From assembly GCA_964588465.1 (NCBI GenBank), contig CAZPPL010000003.1, forward strand, positions 40,545 through 104,544: a DNA stretch of 64,000 nucleotides, given 5' to 3'. Both the position numbers and the translations under genes were made by a program. The stretch comes from an uncultured Gammaproteobacteria bacterium (GTDB lineage: Bacteria > Patescibacteriota > Patescibacteriia > Patescibacteriales > UBA12465). This document shows positions 10,006 to 19,662 of the stretch, one piece after another (the stretch's first letter is position 1; each line of letters starts with the position of its first letter). The notes beneath the pieces are model-generated. The model was given only the letters and a program-made list of their open reading frames with translations. It was not told where the DNA came from and did no database searches.

Positions 10006-10839
10006 ATGGATCTATCAATTATCATCGTTTCTTGGAATGTCCGAGAAAAATTACGCGCTAATCTAAGCGCTTTATTTAAATCAAAAGGCAATTTTAGCTT
10101 TGAAGTTTATGTAGTGGACAATGATTCTTCTGATGATAGTGTACTAATGGTAAAAGAAGAGTTTCCGGTAGTGCATTTGATAACTAATTCAGATAATTAT
10201 GGTTTTGCCAAGGCTAATAATCAAGCTCTTAAATTGGTTATTGGTGATTTTATTTTATTACTTAATCCCGATATGCAACTGAGAATTGATAGTTTGGATA
10301 AAGTTTTTAATTGGGCTCGGAATAAGTCCAAGGCCACAGTTATAGGTTGCAAGTTAGTAAATGATAAACAGGAGATTATTAAACAGGTACGGCGTTTTCC
10401 CAGCCTTAGCGATCAATTAGCTATTGTTTTAAAAATTCCTCATTTAATTCCGCAAATACTTAAGCATTATTTAGTCACGGATTTTAATTATGAGTTGGCT
10501 AGTAAAGTAGATTCAATTCGTGGGGCCTTTTTTTTGATTAATCGAAAGAATTATCAGAGACTTAGCGGAGAAAATTTACCACTCTTAGATGAGCGCTATT
10601 TTATATGGTTTGAAGAGATAGATTTTTGTAGAGAAGTTTATAAACTAGGGGGTGAAGTTTGGTATACCCCCGTGGCAGAGTGTCTAGATTATGTTGGAGC
10701 TAGTTTTAGTCAATTGAAAAGAAGTCAAAGTCAAAAATATTTTAGTGATTCCATGTTAAAATATTTCTACAAATGGGAGAAAAAATGGAAATATTTAGTG
10801 CTGAAAATAGTTTGGTTTTTCATTAGAATTTTTATTTAA
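10006..10839 (+). CDS. Family 2 glycosyltransferase
   Basis: LSIIIVSWN...VVDNDSSDDS...NYGFAKANN...LLNPD... GT-A signature. Confidence 0.85.
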   Translation: MDLSIIIVSWNVREKLRANLSALFKSKGNFSFEVYVVDNDSSDDSVLMVKEEFPVVHLITNSDNYGFAKANNQALKLVIGDFILLLNPDMQLRIDSLDKVFNWARNKSKATVIGCKLVNDKQEIIKQVRRFPSLSDQLAIVLKIPHLIPQILKHYLVTDFNYELASKVDSIRGAFFLINRKNYQRLSGENLPLLDERYFIWFEEIDFCREVYKLGGEVWYTPVAECLDYVGASFSQLKRSQSQKYFSDSMLKYFYKWEKKWKYLVLKIVWFFIRIFI

Positions 10840-10868
10840 TATTATTTATTTTTTGATCTCAATTCTTT

Positions 10869-11936
10869 ATGAGTAATAAAGTTGCTATAGTTTTAGTTAA
10901 TTATAAGGATTATGCTTCTAAATTTTTATTAGCTTGCCGAGACTCTTTACGAAATCAAAATTATGATTTTAAAAAAGTTTCAATATATATTATTGATAAT
11001 GCTTCTAGTCCAGAATCTTTGAAATACCTTAAAGATATTTATCCCGAGGCTACAATATTAGTCCGAAAAGATGGAAATTATGTTGCCGCCAATAACTTAG
11101 GTTTTAGGCAAGCCATAAATGATGGTTGCCAATATTTAGTTACGCTTAATATGGATACTGAGCTAGATTCAGATTGGCTAAAGGAATTAGTGTTAGCTCT
11201 AGATAGCAATTCTCAAGCAGGGATTGCTCAATCTAAGATTTTACTTTATTCAAAGGATAGTAGTGGAGAACAACTGAGACAGATTAATAGTCTGGGTAAT
11301 ATTGTTCATTTTTTAGGTTTTGGTTTTACCTCTGCTTATCAAGAGAAAGATCAAGATATACAAGCTTATCCTGATATTAAAGGTTATGCCAGTGGTTGTT
11401 CGTTTATAATTCGTTCTGAAGTTTTTGAAGAAGTGGGGGCATATAACGATGAATTCTATATGTACCACGATGATATGGAATTAAGCTTAAAAGTAAGATT
11501 AGCCGCTTATCATATTATTTTAGCTCCCCGGTCAGTAGTTTTCCATAAATATGAGTTTAGACGTAGCATTAAGATGTTGTACTATATGGAGCGTAATCGT
11601 TATTTGTTATTATTCATCTTCTATCCAGTATACCTGTTAATCTTGATTATTTTGCCTTTAGTATTAATGGATATTGGTTTATTATTTTTTTCTATATTTA
11701 AGTCTTGGTTTGGTAGCAAAATAAAGGTCTATAGCTATTTTTGTAGTTGCAAAAATTATGCTAAAATTATAAAAGAGCGTAGAAACATAAAAAAAATAAG
11801 TCGTATTCCTTTCTCTGTTTTAGCTGGTGATTTTTCGGGTAAGATAGAATTTAAAGAGATTGCTAATCCGTTACTTACCTATGTAATTAATCCTTTGTTT
11901 AATCTATATTGGTCTTTACTTAAATTATTTATTTAA
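10869..11936 (+). CDS. Family 2 glycosyltransferase with C-terminal membrane helices
   Basis: VAIVLVNYK...IIDNASS...NLGF...LNMD GT2 signature, followed by hydrophobic YLLLFIFYPVYLLILIILPLVLMDIGLLFF. Confidence 0.85.
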   Translation: MSNKVAIVLVNYKDYASKFLLACRDSLRNQNYDFKKVSIYIIDNASSPESLKYLKDIYPEATILVRKDGNYVAANNLGFRQAINDGCQYLVTLNMDTELDSDWLKELVLALDSNSQAGIAQSKILLYSKDSSGEQLRQINSLGNIVHFLGFGFTSAYQEKDQDIQAYPDIKGYASGCSFIIRSEVFEEVGAYNDEFYMYHDDMELSLKVRLAAYHIILAPRSVVFHKYEFRRSIKMLYYMERNRYLLLFIFYPVYLLILIILPLVLMDIGLLFFSIFKSWFGSKIKVYSYFCSCKNYAKIIKERRNIKKISRIPFSVLAGDFSGKIEFKEIANPLLTYVINPLFNLYWSLLKLFI

Positions 11937-11937
11937 T

Positions 11938-12741
11938 ATGGATTTATCTGTCATCGTGGTAAATTATAAAAATAAAGTTAAACTTATTAATTGTTTAGAT
12001 TCTTTTTATAAATCTTCTCAGGCTGATTTCAGCTGGGAGTTTATTATAGTTGATAATAATTCTGGAGATGACTTAAGTGCTCTCTCCGTTGCTTATAGTA
12101 ATTTAAAATTAATTATGAGTCCGCGTAATCAAGGAATGGGTGGGGGTAATAATTTAGGAATTGAAAAAGCCCAGGGTAAAGTTATTTTGATTCTTAATCC
12201 AGATATAATTATTAAGCAAAAAGATGTTAAGGTATTATTAGATTATTTACAGAGCACTCCACGAATAGGTTTACTAGGTCCTAAGTTATTAGATCCTGAC
12301 GGTTCTTTACAATTATCTTGTTCCTATTTTCCCAGTTTTTTTATGCCCATTCTGCGTCGAACTTTTTTAGGAGACTATTTCCAGAAACAGCGAGATCATT
12401 TTATGATGCAAGACTTTGATCATAACTCTATTTTAGAAGTGGATTGGTTAATGGGCTCTTGTTTAATGTTTAAACGAGAAATAACTCTTTTAAATAAGCA
12501 GATTTTTAAACCCCGCTTTGATGAGCGTTATTTTATGTATTTTGAGGATATTGATTTAGCTCGACAAATGCGAGCTCAAGGTCAAAAAGTGGTTTATAAT
12601 CCACAAGTGAGTGTTGTCCATGACCATCGGCGTCAGAGTGCTCAATATCCTTGGTATTTAGCAGTATTCTTAGATAGTTTAGCTCGTCATCATATTAATT
12701 CTTGGTTCAAATATTTTATAAAATGGGGTTTTAAAATTTAG
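11938..12741 (+). CDS. Family 2 glycosyltransferase
   Basis: LSVIVVNYK...IVDNNSGDD...GMGGGNNLG...LNPD...FEDIDL. Starts 1 nt after the previous stop. Confidence 0.85.
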   Translation: MDLSVIVVNYKNKVKLINCLDSFYKSSQADFSWEFIIVDNNSGDDLSALSVAYSNLKLIMSPRNQGMGGGNNLGIEKAQGKVILILNPDIIIKQKDVKVLLDYLQSTPRIGLLGPKLLDPDGSLQLSCSYFPSFFMPILRRTFLGDYFQKQRDHFMMQDFDHNSILEVDWLMGSCLMFKREITLLNKQIFKPRFDERYFMYFEDIDLARQMRAQGQKVVYNPQVSVVHDHRRQSAQYPWYLAVFLDSLARHHINSWFKYFIKWGFKI

Positions 12742-12761
12742 AGAATTTAAAATATAACAAT

Positions 12762-13643
12762 ATGTCAAAAATTAAAAAAGCCATTTTTCCTGTAGCTGGT
12801 TTTGGAACACGATTCTTACCAGCTACTAAGGCTCAACCCAAAGAAATGTTACCAGTTGTGGATAAACCAGTTATTCAATATTTAGTTGAGCAGGCAGTGG
12901 CTGCTGGTATTGAAGAGATTATTTTTGTTACTGGTCGAGGCAAGCGGGCGATTGAAGACCATTTTGATTATTCTTTTGAACTGGAAAAGACTTTGGTGGA
13001 AAAAAATAAATTAGATTTAGTTAAAAAAGTGCAAGCCATTGAACGATTGGCTAAATTTTCTTATGTTCGACAACCTCTACCTCGCGGTGATGGTGATGCT
13101 ATTAATTGTGCTGCGCATTTAGTGGGAAAAGATGAGGCAATTTTAGTAATGTTTGGCGATACGCTATATGATTCTAAACTCTCGCCAGTTAAACAAGTAA
13201 TGGATGTATATGAGAAATATGGGGATTCGGTTATTGGTTTATCAGAGGTAAAGCCAGAAGAGCTCAGTCAGTTTGGAGTGATTGATGGAATCCCTCTTGG
13301 TGATGATGTTTATGAAATTAAAAGATTTATTGAAAAACCTACAATTAAAGAGGCTCCTTCTAATCTGGTCCAGGTAGGTATCAATATTATTACTCCAGAT
13401 ATAATAAAAGTTTTGAAAACTATAAACCGCGGTAAGTCTGAAGAAATTCGTTTGGCCGATGCTTATGATGCTCTGCTTAAAAAGGGAAAAGTAATTTATG
13501 GCAAGAAATTAGAAGGAGAATGGCTGGATACTGGTAATAAATTCAATTTTATTAAAGCCACTATTAAGCTGGGGTTAAAGGACAAAGAAATTGGCGAGGT
13601 TTTGAAGAACTTTATCATTGATATTAGTCGAGGATTAAAATAA
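12762..13643 (+). CDS. galU: UTP--glucose-1-phosphate uridylyltransferase
   Basis: KAIFPVAGFGTRFLPATKAQPKEMLPVVDKPVIQY, the canonical GalU N-terminus. Confidence 0.92.
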   Translation: MSKIKKAIFPVAGFGTRFLPATKAQPKEMLPVVDKPVIQYLVEQAVAAGIEEIIFVTGRGKRAIEDHFDYSFELEKTLVEKNKLDLVKKVQAIERLAKFSYVRQPLPRGDGDAINCAAHLVGKDEAILVMFGDTLYDSKLSPVKQVMDVYEKYGDSVIGLSEVKPEELSQFGVIDGIPLGDDVYEIKRFIEKPTIKEAPSNLVQVGINIITPDIIKVLKTINRGKSEEIRLADAYDALLKKGKVIYGKKLEGEWLDTGNKFNFIKATIKLGLKDKEIGEVLKNFIIDISRGLK

Positions 13644-13669
13644 ATTTTACTTTATTTTAGTTGTCCTCC

Positions 13670-15001
13670 TTATTGTAGTAAAAGTTTATAAACTCCACTC
13701 TGTCGGCCAACTTTAGCCCAGAAATATAAAGTATTATTGGCATCATCTAGTATCGGATTGGCTATTTTATTGGTTTTAAAGATTTCAGTACTTAAGGCCA
13801 CTTTGGGATCATAAGCATTAATACTACTACTCGTGAAAAAAATTAGGTAATTATTATGGCTATTCCAAACAATTTTTATTATTTTTTTACCAATTCGCGT
13901 CAATAAAGTGCTACGATTTTGTTGGAGATTTAGCCGATATATCTCCCAATTATTGCTATAAAATAAAGTTTGTTCATTCCGCCATTGCCAACTAATGACA
14001 TTATGAATAGTTTTTTCGTCTTGTCTAATATTTAGAGGATTAATTAAATATAGAGTTTTATTTTGACTGTCATATAGATTTAATCTACTATAATTTTCAG
14101 GGATAAAAACATAACGTCCCACTTTAGGTAGTTTAGCCTCTTGTTCAATTTTTTTGGTTTTTAAAGAATATACTTGCAATAAAGTTTGTCCATTCTTGAT
14201 ATTAACCAAAAATATATTATTTGCTCGCACTTCATAAGTCAAATAGTCTCCTCCACTTAAGACTAGAATATTAGCGTTATTATTGAGGTCTAAGTAATTA
14301 AGAGAAGAACCGCTCTGATAATAAAGGCGATTTTGATTTTCATCATAATAAAAATTATTAGCACTTGGTCCTAGTATTTTTTGGTAATTAAGGGAGGTAT
14401 TATCCACTAGATTAAATAAGCGACCAGCGACAAATAGTTGATCGCTATTTTTTAACCAGACCCCAATGGAGTTTGGGGCGAGTTGAAGATTTTTGCTTTG
14501 TCCAGTCAGCACAGTAATAATCTTTGGATTTGATGACAGATATAAATATTTATGATTAGAGCTAAGCCCTAGTTTGCTGTCAGAACTGGTAGCAATCAAT
14601 TGTGGCAGATCAGACCGAAATAGATTAATGTCCTCTGCAAAAGTTGTTTGTCCCGAGTATACTGTAATTTTTTTAGTTAAGGTCAGATAATCTTTGAGTT
14701 TCAAGTTTAGTTTATAATCACCTGGCAAAACATTCTTGATTCTAGTTGGTGTGCTTAAATATTTAGTTTTCCAAGGATTAAGAGAAAATTCAGACTGAGG
14801 GTGATTGTTTAGATAAACTATAGCTCCTTCGGGATTAGTTCTTATGAGTATCATGCCAGTTCTAGTTAATAAGCGATTTCCAGTTGGTGGCCAAGTAAAA
14901 TTGATTTGGAAACCAGAAGCATAAAGAGAGATTAGTATGGTTCCTAGTATAAAACAAACTATAAAAACAATGAAAAGATAGTCACGAATTTTTTTAGACA
15001 T
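13670..15001 (-). CDS. Membrane-anchored PEGA-domain protein with repeat-rich (beta-propeller-like) ectodomain
   Basis: N-terminal TM helix (YLFIVFIVCFILGTILISLYA) and a literal PEGA motif (TNPEGAIVYLNN). The remainder is beta-rich. Confidence 0.6.
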   Translation of the reverse strand: MSKKIRDYLFIVFIVCFILGTILISLYASGFQINFTWPPTGNRLLTRTGMILIRTNPEGAIVYLNNHPQSEFSLNPWKTKYLSTPTRIKNVLPGDYKLNLKLKDYLTLTKKITVYSGQTTFAEDINLFRSDLPQLIATSSDSKLGLSSNHKYLYLSSNPKIITVLTGQSKNLQLAPNSIGVWLKNSDQLFVAGRLFNLVDNTSLNYQKILGPSANNFYYDENQNRLYYQSGSSLNYLDLNNNANILVLSGGDYLTYEVRANNIFLVNIKNGQTLLQVYSLKTKKIEQEAKLPKVGRYVFIPENYSRLNLYDSQNKTLYLINPLNIRQDEKTIHNVISWQWRNEQTLFYSNNWEIYRLNLQQNRSTLLTRIGKKIIKIVWNSHNNYLIFFTSSSINAYDPKVALSTEIFKTNKIANPILDDANNTLYFWAKVGRQSGVYKLLLQ

Positions 15002-15026
15002 ATTTAGTGGTCAAGAATATGGATTA

Positions 15027-16325
15027 TTAATCAAGAATACTTATTTCCGCTCCTAATTTATTTAATCGTTTATAAATATTTTCATAACCACGATCAATGG
15101 AATAAGAGTTCCTTAAAATAGATTTTCCTGGTGCGGCTAGCATACATATTAAGATGTTAATTGAGGGGCGCAATGCTGGTGGACAGACAATCTCATTTGG
15201 CTTTAATTCAGTTGGTCCAGTAACAGTCACTCGATGCGGATCGTGAAGCATGATATTAGCTCCCAGACGGCTTAATTCAGTATAATAAATTGCTCTATTT
15301 TCATAAATCCAATCATGTACTAGAGTAGCACCTTCGGCTTGAGTCAGAATAGGAACAAATAAAGGAAGATTATCAATATTTATTCCTGGGTAAGGTTGAG
15401 GATGTATTTTATCTGGCAGAGCCTTTAAGTGGCAGACTGGTAATTCTAAGTCTACTAAGTTAAAATGAGTATTTTTTGATTTATAACTAGGACTAATCTT
15501 AATTTTTTGTCCCATTATTCTCAGTTTTTCAATTTCTAGTAATAGAAAATCTATTGGACAGTGAGTAATTTTTAATTTAGATTTAGTAGTAATAGCCAGT
15601 GAGATGAAGGCCATAGATTCAATAGGATCGGGCATAATGGGATAATTTTTAACTGGATATAGTTCTTTGATACCCGTAATTTCTAAACTAATATTGTTCC
15701 ATTCTATTTTAGCTCCAGCCTGTTTCAAAAAGAATACTAAATCTTGTACCATATAATTGGAAGAAGGAAAATTTATTATTGTCTGCCCAGGGGCGAATAT
15801 AGCGGCCATAATGGCATTCTCCGTGCCAGTATCGCTAGTTTCATACATAGTAAATTTAGCAGCTTTTTTGTTTGTATAACTAATATTGTAAGCGGTATTA
15901 GTTTCTTTTACTTTGATTCCTAGATGTTTTAAAGAAAGAATATAAGGGTTAACCGTCCTTTTCCCTAATTTACAACCACCAGACTTAGGGAGTGAGAAAG
16001 CTTTCAATTGACTACTTAAGGTGCTCATTAGTAGTAGAGCAGAGCGAGTTTTTAGGAAAGCTTCACGGTCTAGTTTCTTAGGGTCTAAGCTCCCAGAATT
16101 AATTATTTCTAATTTATGTTGGTCAATCCAAGTTATTTTTAGACCTAAAGAATTTAAAATTTCAATAATTCTCAATACTTCTTCAATATGAGGAACTTCA
16201 GTTAAGGTGGTTTTTCCTTTGATCATCAGGGTGGCGCATAGAATAGCAACTGCTGAATTTTTGGCAGAATTAGTACGGATAACCCCGTGTAATTTTTTAC
16301 CTCCGTTTATTAATAAATTGGCCAT
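15027..16325 (-). CDS. murA: UDP-N-acetylglucosamine 1-carboxyvinyltransferase
   Basis: MANLLINGGKKLHG...NSAKNSAVAILCA and active-site loop PKSGGCKLGKR. ATG at 16325 is preferred because the track extension to 16397 overlaps the rplU promoter. Confidence 0.9.
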   Translation of the reverse strand: MANLLINGGKKLHGVIRTNSAKNSAVAILCATLMIKGKTTLTEVPHIEEVLRIIEILNSLGLKITWIDQHKLEIINSGSLDPKKLDREAFLKTRSALLLMSTLSSQLKAFSLPKSGGCKLGKRTVNPYILSLKHLGIKVKETNTAYNISYTNKKAAKFTMYETSDTGTENAIMAAIFAPGQTIINFPSSNYMVQDLVFFLKQAGAKIEWNNISLEITGIKELYPVKNYPIMPDPIESMAFISLAITTKSKLKITHCPIDFLLLEIEKLRIMGQKIKISPSYKSKNTHFNLVDLELPVCHLKALPDKIHPQPYPGINIDNLPLFVPILTQAEGATLVHDWIYENRAIYYTELSRLGANIMLHDPHRVTVTGPTELKPNEIVCPPALRPSINILICMLAAPGKSILRNSYSIDRGYENIYKRLNKLGAEISILD

Positions 16326-16390
16326 ATTTTTAACTATTTTATCCAAATTAATTTTTAGTATATAATCTAAGTCTAAGCATAGCCTATTTA

Positions 16391-16418
16391 TTGACATTTT
16401 TCAAATGTTTGCTATTAT
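16391..16418 (+). promoter_or_regulatory. Putative sigma70-type promoter for rplU (TTGACA-16-TATTAT)
   Basis: TTGACA at 16391-16396 and TATTAT at 16413-16418, about 50 nt upstream of the rplU ATG. Confidence 0.45.
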
Positions 16419-16467
16419 TAAGTTAAGTTCAGAGTTAATGCTGATTTTTTATTAATAAAATTATAAT

Positions 16468-16776
16468 ATGTCAAAAATTGCGGTTATTAAAACCGGAGGT
16501 AAACAATATAAAGTTGCTGTGGGAGAATCTATTAAAGTAGAGAAATTGACGGCGGAAAAAGGTAAAACCGTTAAATTAGATACTTTATTAATTGCTGATG
16601 GCGATCAATTAGAGTTAGGTCAACCCTCTTTAGGAGAAAAAGTTGAAGCTGAAGTTTTAGAGACTGCTAAGGGGAAAAAAGTCACTGTGGTTAAGTATAA
16701 AAATAAGACTCGCTATAAAAAGACTGTTGGACATCGTCAACAATTTACTGCTATAAAGATTTTAAATATTAATTAG
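16468..16776 (+). CDS. rplU: 50S ribosomal protein L21
   Basis: MSKIAVIKTGGKQYKV...GHRQQFT, the canonical L21 sequence. Confidence 0.95.
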   Translation: MSKIAVIKTGGKQYKVAVGESIKVEKLTAEKGKTVKLDTLLIADGDQLELGQPSLGEKVEAEVLETAKGKKVTVVKYKNKTRYKKTVGHRQQFTAIKILNIN

Positions 16777-16853
16777 TTTCTAGTTTTTTGTTTTTTGAGA
16801 AAAAAATTCATCTAGTGATAAAGACGAATTTTTTATTTTATCTTATTTTTTTG

Positions 16854-17450
16854 TTATTTAATTATATTCCGATATTTCAAAGCACTGCCTAGGGTTAATT
16901 CATCAGCATATTCTAAATTAGAACCTGCTGGTAAACCTTTAGCTAAGCGAGTAATTTTTAAATGATTCTTTAGAAGTTTGGTCAAGTATAAAGCCGTAGT
17001 TTCTCCTTCTAAAGTAAAATTTAAGGCTAGAATTATTTCTTTAACATTGTCAGTCTTAATTTTTCTAATTAATTTTTTAATATTTAAGTCTTGAGGGCTA
17101 ATTTCTGTAATAGTATTAATTAATCCTCCTAATATGAAATAATGTCCCGTATATTGTTTAGTATTCTCAATTGCTATTAAATCTGGTAGATTTTCTACAA
17201 TACACAAAATTTGGGAGTGGCGATGAGGATCAGTACAAATTAGACAAGGATCACTTTCAGAAATGGCCAAACAATGATGGCAAATAATTACTTTTTTAGA
17301 TAATTCATTAATAGCGTTTGCTAAATCTTGAGATTTATGTGAGTCTTGTTTTAAGAGATAAAAAGCATAGCGTTCAGCAGTTTTAGGACCAACACTGGGT
17401 AGATTAGCTAATTTATCTATTAAATTTTGTAAGACTTTAGGATACTTCAT
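16854..17450 (-). CDS. recR: Recombination protein RecR
   Basis: LPSVGPKTAERYAFYLL HhH motif, C4 zinc finger CHHC...CLIC, and a Toprim region. Confidence 0.95.
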   Translation of the reverse strand: MKYPKVLQNLIDKLANLPSVGPKTAERYAFYLLKQDSHKSQDLANAINELSKKVIICHHCLAISESDPCLICTDPHRHSQILCIVENLPDLIAIENTKQYTGHYFILGGLINTITEISPQDLNIKKLIRKIKTDNVKEIILALNFTLEGETTALYLTKLLKNHLKITRLAKGLPAGSNLEYADELTLGSALKYRNIIK

Positions 17451-17451
17451 T

Positions 17452-17727
17452 TTAGTTCATCCCCGGGATTCCACCCATATCTTGCAGTTTTTTAGCCATT
17501 AATTTTTGGGCTCGTTTTAAAGCACTGTTAAAACAAGATTTTAAGGTTTCTTCTTGGGATTCCTTAGATAGGCTTCCATTAAGTTTTAACTCTAATACTT
17601 CCATATTGCCATTAAGAACAACTTTAACTTCATTTTTTTCTTCGGTGACAACTTCTTGAGCTAAAGCATTTTGCATAGTTTTAGCTTGACTACGTAAATC
17701 TTTGAACTGTTTGAGTTTACTGAACAT
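17452..17727 (-). CDS. YbaB/EbfC family nucleoid-associated protein
   Basis: 91 aa. Position immediately upstream of recR and a C-terminal GGIPGMN tail are typical of YbaB. Confidence 0.85.
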   Translation of the reverse strand: MFSKLKQFKDLRSQAKTMQNALAQEVVTEEKNEVKVVLNGNMEVLELKLNGSLSKESQEETLKSCFNSALKRAQKLMAKKLQDMGGIPGMN

Positions 17728-17752
17728 ATTTTTTATTAATTAAATTTAAAAT

Positions 17753-19153
17753 TTAGAATTCTGAAGGATTTGTCTCCTCGTCTTTCTTGGCCATTGATTT
17801 AAAACTTACCGTATTCTCGTCAAAAAATAGATTTACTTTTCCAGTAGGACCATTACGATGTTTGGCTATATATACTTCTGCTTTATAGCGTTCATCTGGA
17901 GTTAGGTCATCAATATTATAACCCCGATCAGCTGCTTTACGATAAATAAACATTACTACATCAGCGTCTTGTTCTATTGATCCTGAGTCGCGTAAATGAG
18001 ATAGTTTTGGTATAGCTGGGTGAGTTAATTCCACTGCTCTAGATAATTGTGCTAAGGCTAGAATAGGAATATTTAATTCACGGGCGATAGCTTTTAGGCC
18101 TCTACTAATTTCCGCTATTTCCTGTACTCGATTATCGCCATATCTTCCTCTACCTTCCATAAGCTGTAGATAATCAATTACAATTAAGCCTAAGCCTTTT
18201 TCCATTTGTAGGCGACGAGCTTTAGCTCTAATTTCCATAATAGATAGAGTTCCCGAGTCATCAATATAAATAGGAGCTTCTGCTAATTTGCCCATGGCGT
18301 CACCAATACGAGTAAAATCATTATCTTCTTCTTTATCAGACAAATTACCAGTACGCATTTTCCATAAACTAACATTAGCTTGAGCACAGAGTAGGCGATC
18401 TACTAATTGCTCTTTACTCATTTCTAAAGAAAATATTCCTACCCCTTCCTTGCTTTTAACGGCAGCTTGACGAGCAATATCTAGGGCTAGAGAAGTTTTT
18501 CCCACTGAGGGACGAGCTGCTAGGATTATTAAATCAGATTTTTGTAAACCAGCTAATAAATTATCTAAATCTTGGAAACCAGTAGGTAGCCCTCGTAATT
18601 TTCCGCTATGGCGGTGCAGTTCATCAATACGATCAAAGGCATCGGTTAATAAATTGTCAATTGGTAGAAAAGCATTTTTTAAATATTTGCGCGAAACTCC
18701 AAAAACTTTTTTTTCAGTTTCATCTAAAATTTCATCAATCTCTCGTTCTTCATTAAAACTTAAGGCAGAAATTTCTGCTGCGGCTTGTTGTAAACGACGC
18801 AAAGTTGCTTTACGTTGGATGATACTAGCATAATTAGAGATGTTACCAGAAGTAGCTACCGCATTGGAAAGTTGCGCTAGATAAGATCTTCCGCCTATCA
18901 CTGCTAATTGTTTTTTATCCTCCAAACGATTAGCAAGAGTTACAATATCAATCGGTTCTTGATTACCATATAATTCTTTAATTGTATTATAAATAGTTTG
19001 ATGAGCATCCTTATAAAAATCTTGAGGCATTACTGTATCAGCAATTTTAATAATTGCATCTTTATCAATAAGTAGAGCTCCTAATAAAGACTCCTCAGCT
19101 TCTAGGCTATGAGGGGGAATTTTAGCAATGATATTATTTTCACTGGTACTCAT
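17753..19153 (-). CDS. dnaB: Replicative DNA helicase DnaB
   Basis: PPHSLEAEESLLGALL, Walker A ARPSVGKTSLALD, IVIDYLQLM and SGSIEQDADVV. Confidence 0.95.
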   Translation of the reverse strand: MSTSENNIIAKIPPHSLEAEESLLGALLIDKDAIIKIADTVMPQDFYKDAHQTIYNTIKELYGNQEPIDIVTLANRLEDKKQLAVIGGRSYLAQLSNAVATSGNISNYASIIQRKATLRRLQQAAAEISALSFNEEREIDEILDETEKKVFGVSRKYLKNAFLPIDNLLTDAFDRIDELHRHSGKLRGLPTGFQDLDNLLAGLQKSDLIILAARPSVGKTSLALDIARQAAVKSKEGVGIFSLEMSKEQLVDRLLCAQANVSLWKMRTGNLSDKEEDNDFTRIGDAMGKLAEAPIYIDDSGTLSIMEIRAKARRLQMEKGLGLIVIDYLQLMEGRGRYGDNRVQEIAEISRGLKAIARELNIPILALAQLSRAVELTHPAIPKLSHLRDSGSIEQDADVVMFIYRKAADRGYNIDDLTPDERYKAEVYIAKHRNGPTGKVNLFFDENTVSFKSMAKKDEETNPSEF

Positions 19154-19280
19154 TTAATTATTATTTTAATTGAATTTTATAATATTATTATTTTAACTTA
19201 TATAGCCTAATTCATCAAGGTATATCAAGTTCAAAATAAGCACAGTTTATACGCACTTTATCCCCTGATGATATTTATAA

Positions 19281-19300
19281 AAACCGCTATAAAGCGGTTT
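19281..19300. terminator. Stem-loop (AAACCGC-N6-GCGGTTT) flanked by A/T runs, likely terminator after tRNA-Thr
   Basis: Perfect 7-bp stem at 19281-19287 / 19294-19300. On the minus strand it follows the tRNA-Thr 3' end and precedes a T run. Confidence 0.55.
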
Positions 19301-19304
19301 TTTA

Positions 19305-19380
19305 TGGAGCCGACTGTCGGGTTCGGACCGACGACCTGCTGTTTACAAAACAGCTGCTCTACCAACTGAGCTAAGTCGGC
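19305..19380 (-). tRNA. tRNA-Thr (anticodon UGU), 3' CCA encoded
   Basis: Minus-strand read GCCGACT TA GCTC AGTTGGTA GAGC A GCTGT TTTGTAA ACAGC AGGTC GTCGG TCCGAAC CCGAC AGTCGGC T CCA folds as a cloverleaf by hand. Confidence 0.9.
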
Positions 19381-19405
19381 AATAGCTATATAGTAGCTAT
19401 CTTAG

Positions 19406-19478
19406 TGCGCCCAGCTGGATTCGAACCAGCGACCATCAGCTTAAAAGGCTGCTGCTCTACCAACTGAGCTATAGGCGC
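19406..19478 (-). tRNA. tRNA-Lys (anticodon UUU)
   Basis: Minus-strand read GCGCCTA TA GCTC AGTTGGTA GAGC A GCAGC CTTTTAA GCTGA TGGTC GCTGG TTCGAAT CCAGC TGGGCGC A. Confidence 0.88.
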
Positions 19479-19662
19479 AATTATAAGTTTGATAATAACA
19501 AAAGATTTTATTTTTTACAAGGCTTAGCAATAATTTGTATATATTTACTTATAAATTATCTATTGCTTATACGTAATTTTTATTTATTTAATTTAATAAT
19601 ATATTTAGAGTCCATTTTGTGTTATAATTAATTTATAGTTAATAATTTATAGTTAATAATGT

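Noticed and set aside
16468-16776. rplU stands alone, with no rpmA (L27) following it, and is flanked by convergent recR
   Set aside because: This is a synteny break from the common rplU-(ysxB)-rpmA arrangement. Gene-order scrambling is common in reduced genomes, and rpmA may simply be elsewhere. It cannot be assessed from this window.
19305-19380. Only tRNA-Thr(UGU) of the six tRNAs encodes its 3' CCA
   Set aside because: The observation is true as read, but a single TCCA match is expected by chance at appreciable frequency. It has no functional implication without a genome-wide tRNA survey.
19631-19658. Perfect 14-bp tandem duplication (ATTTATAGTTAATA x2) immediately upstream of the oxidoreductase ATG
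   Set aside because: The duplication is real in the sequence, but it is only two AT-only copies with no symmetry or recognisable binding motif. It is most simply a slippage duplication in an AT-rich leader.
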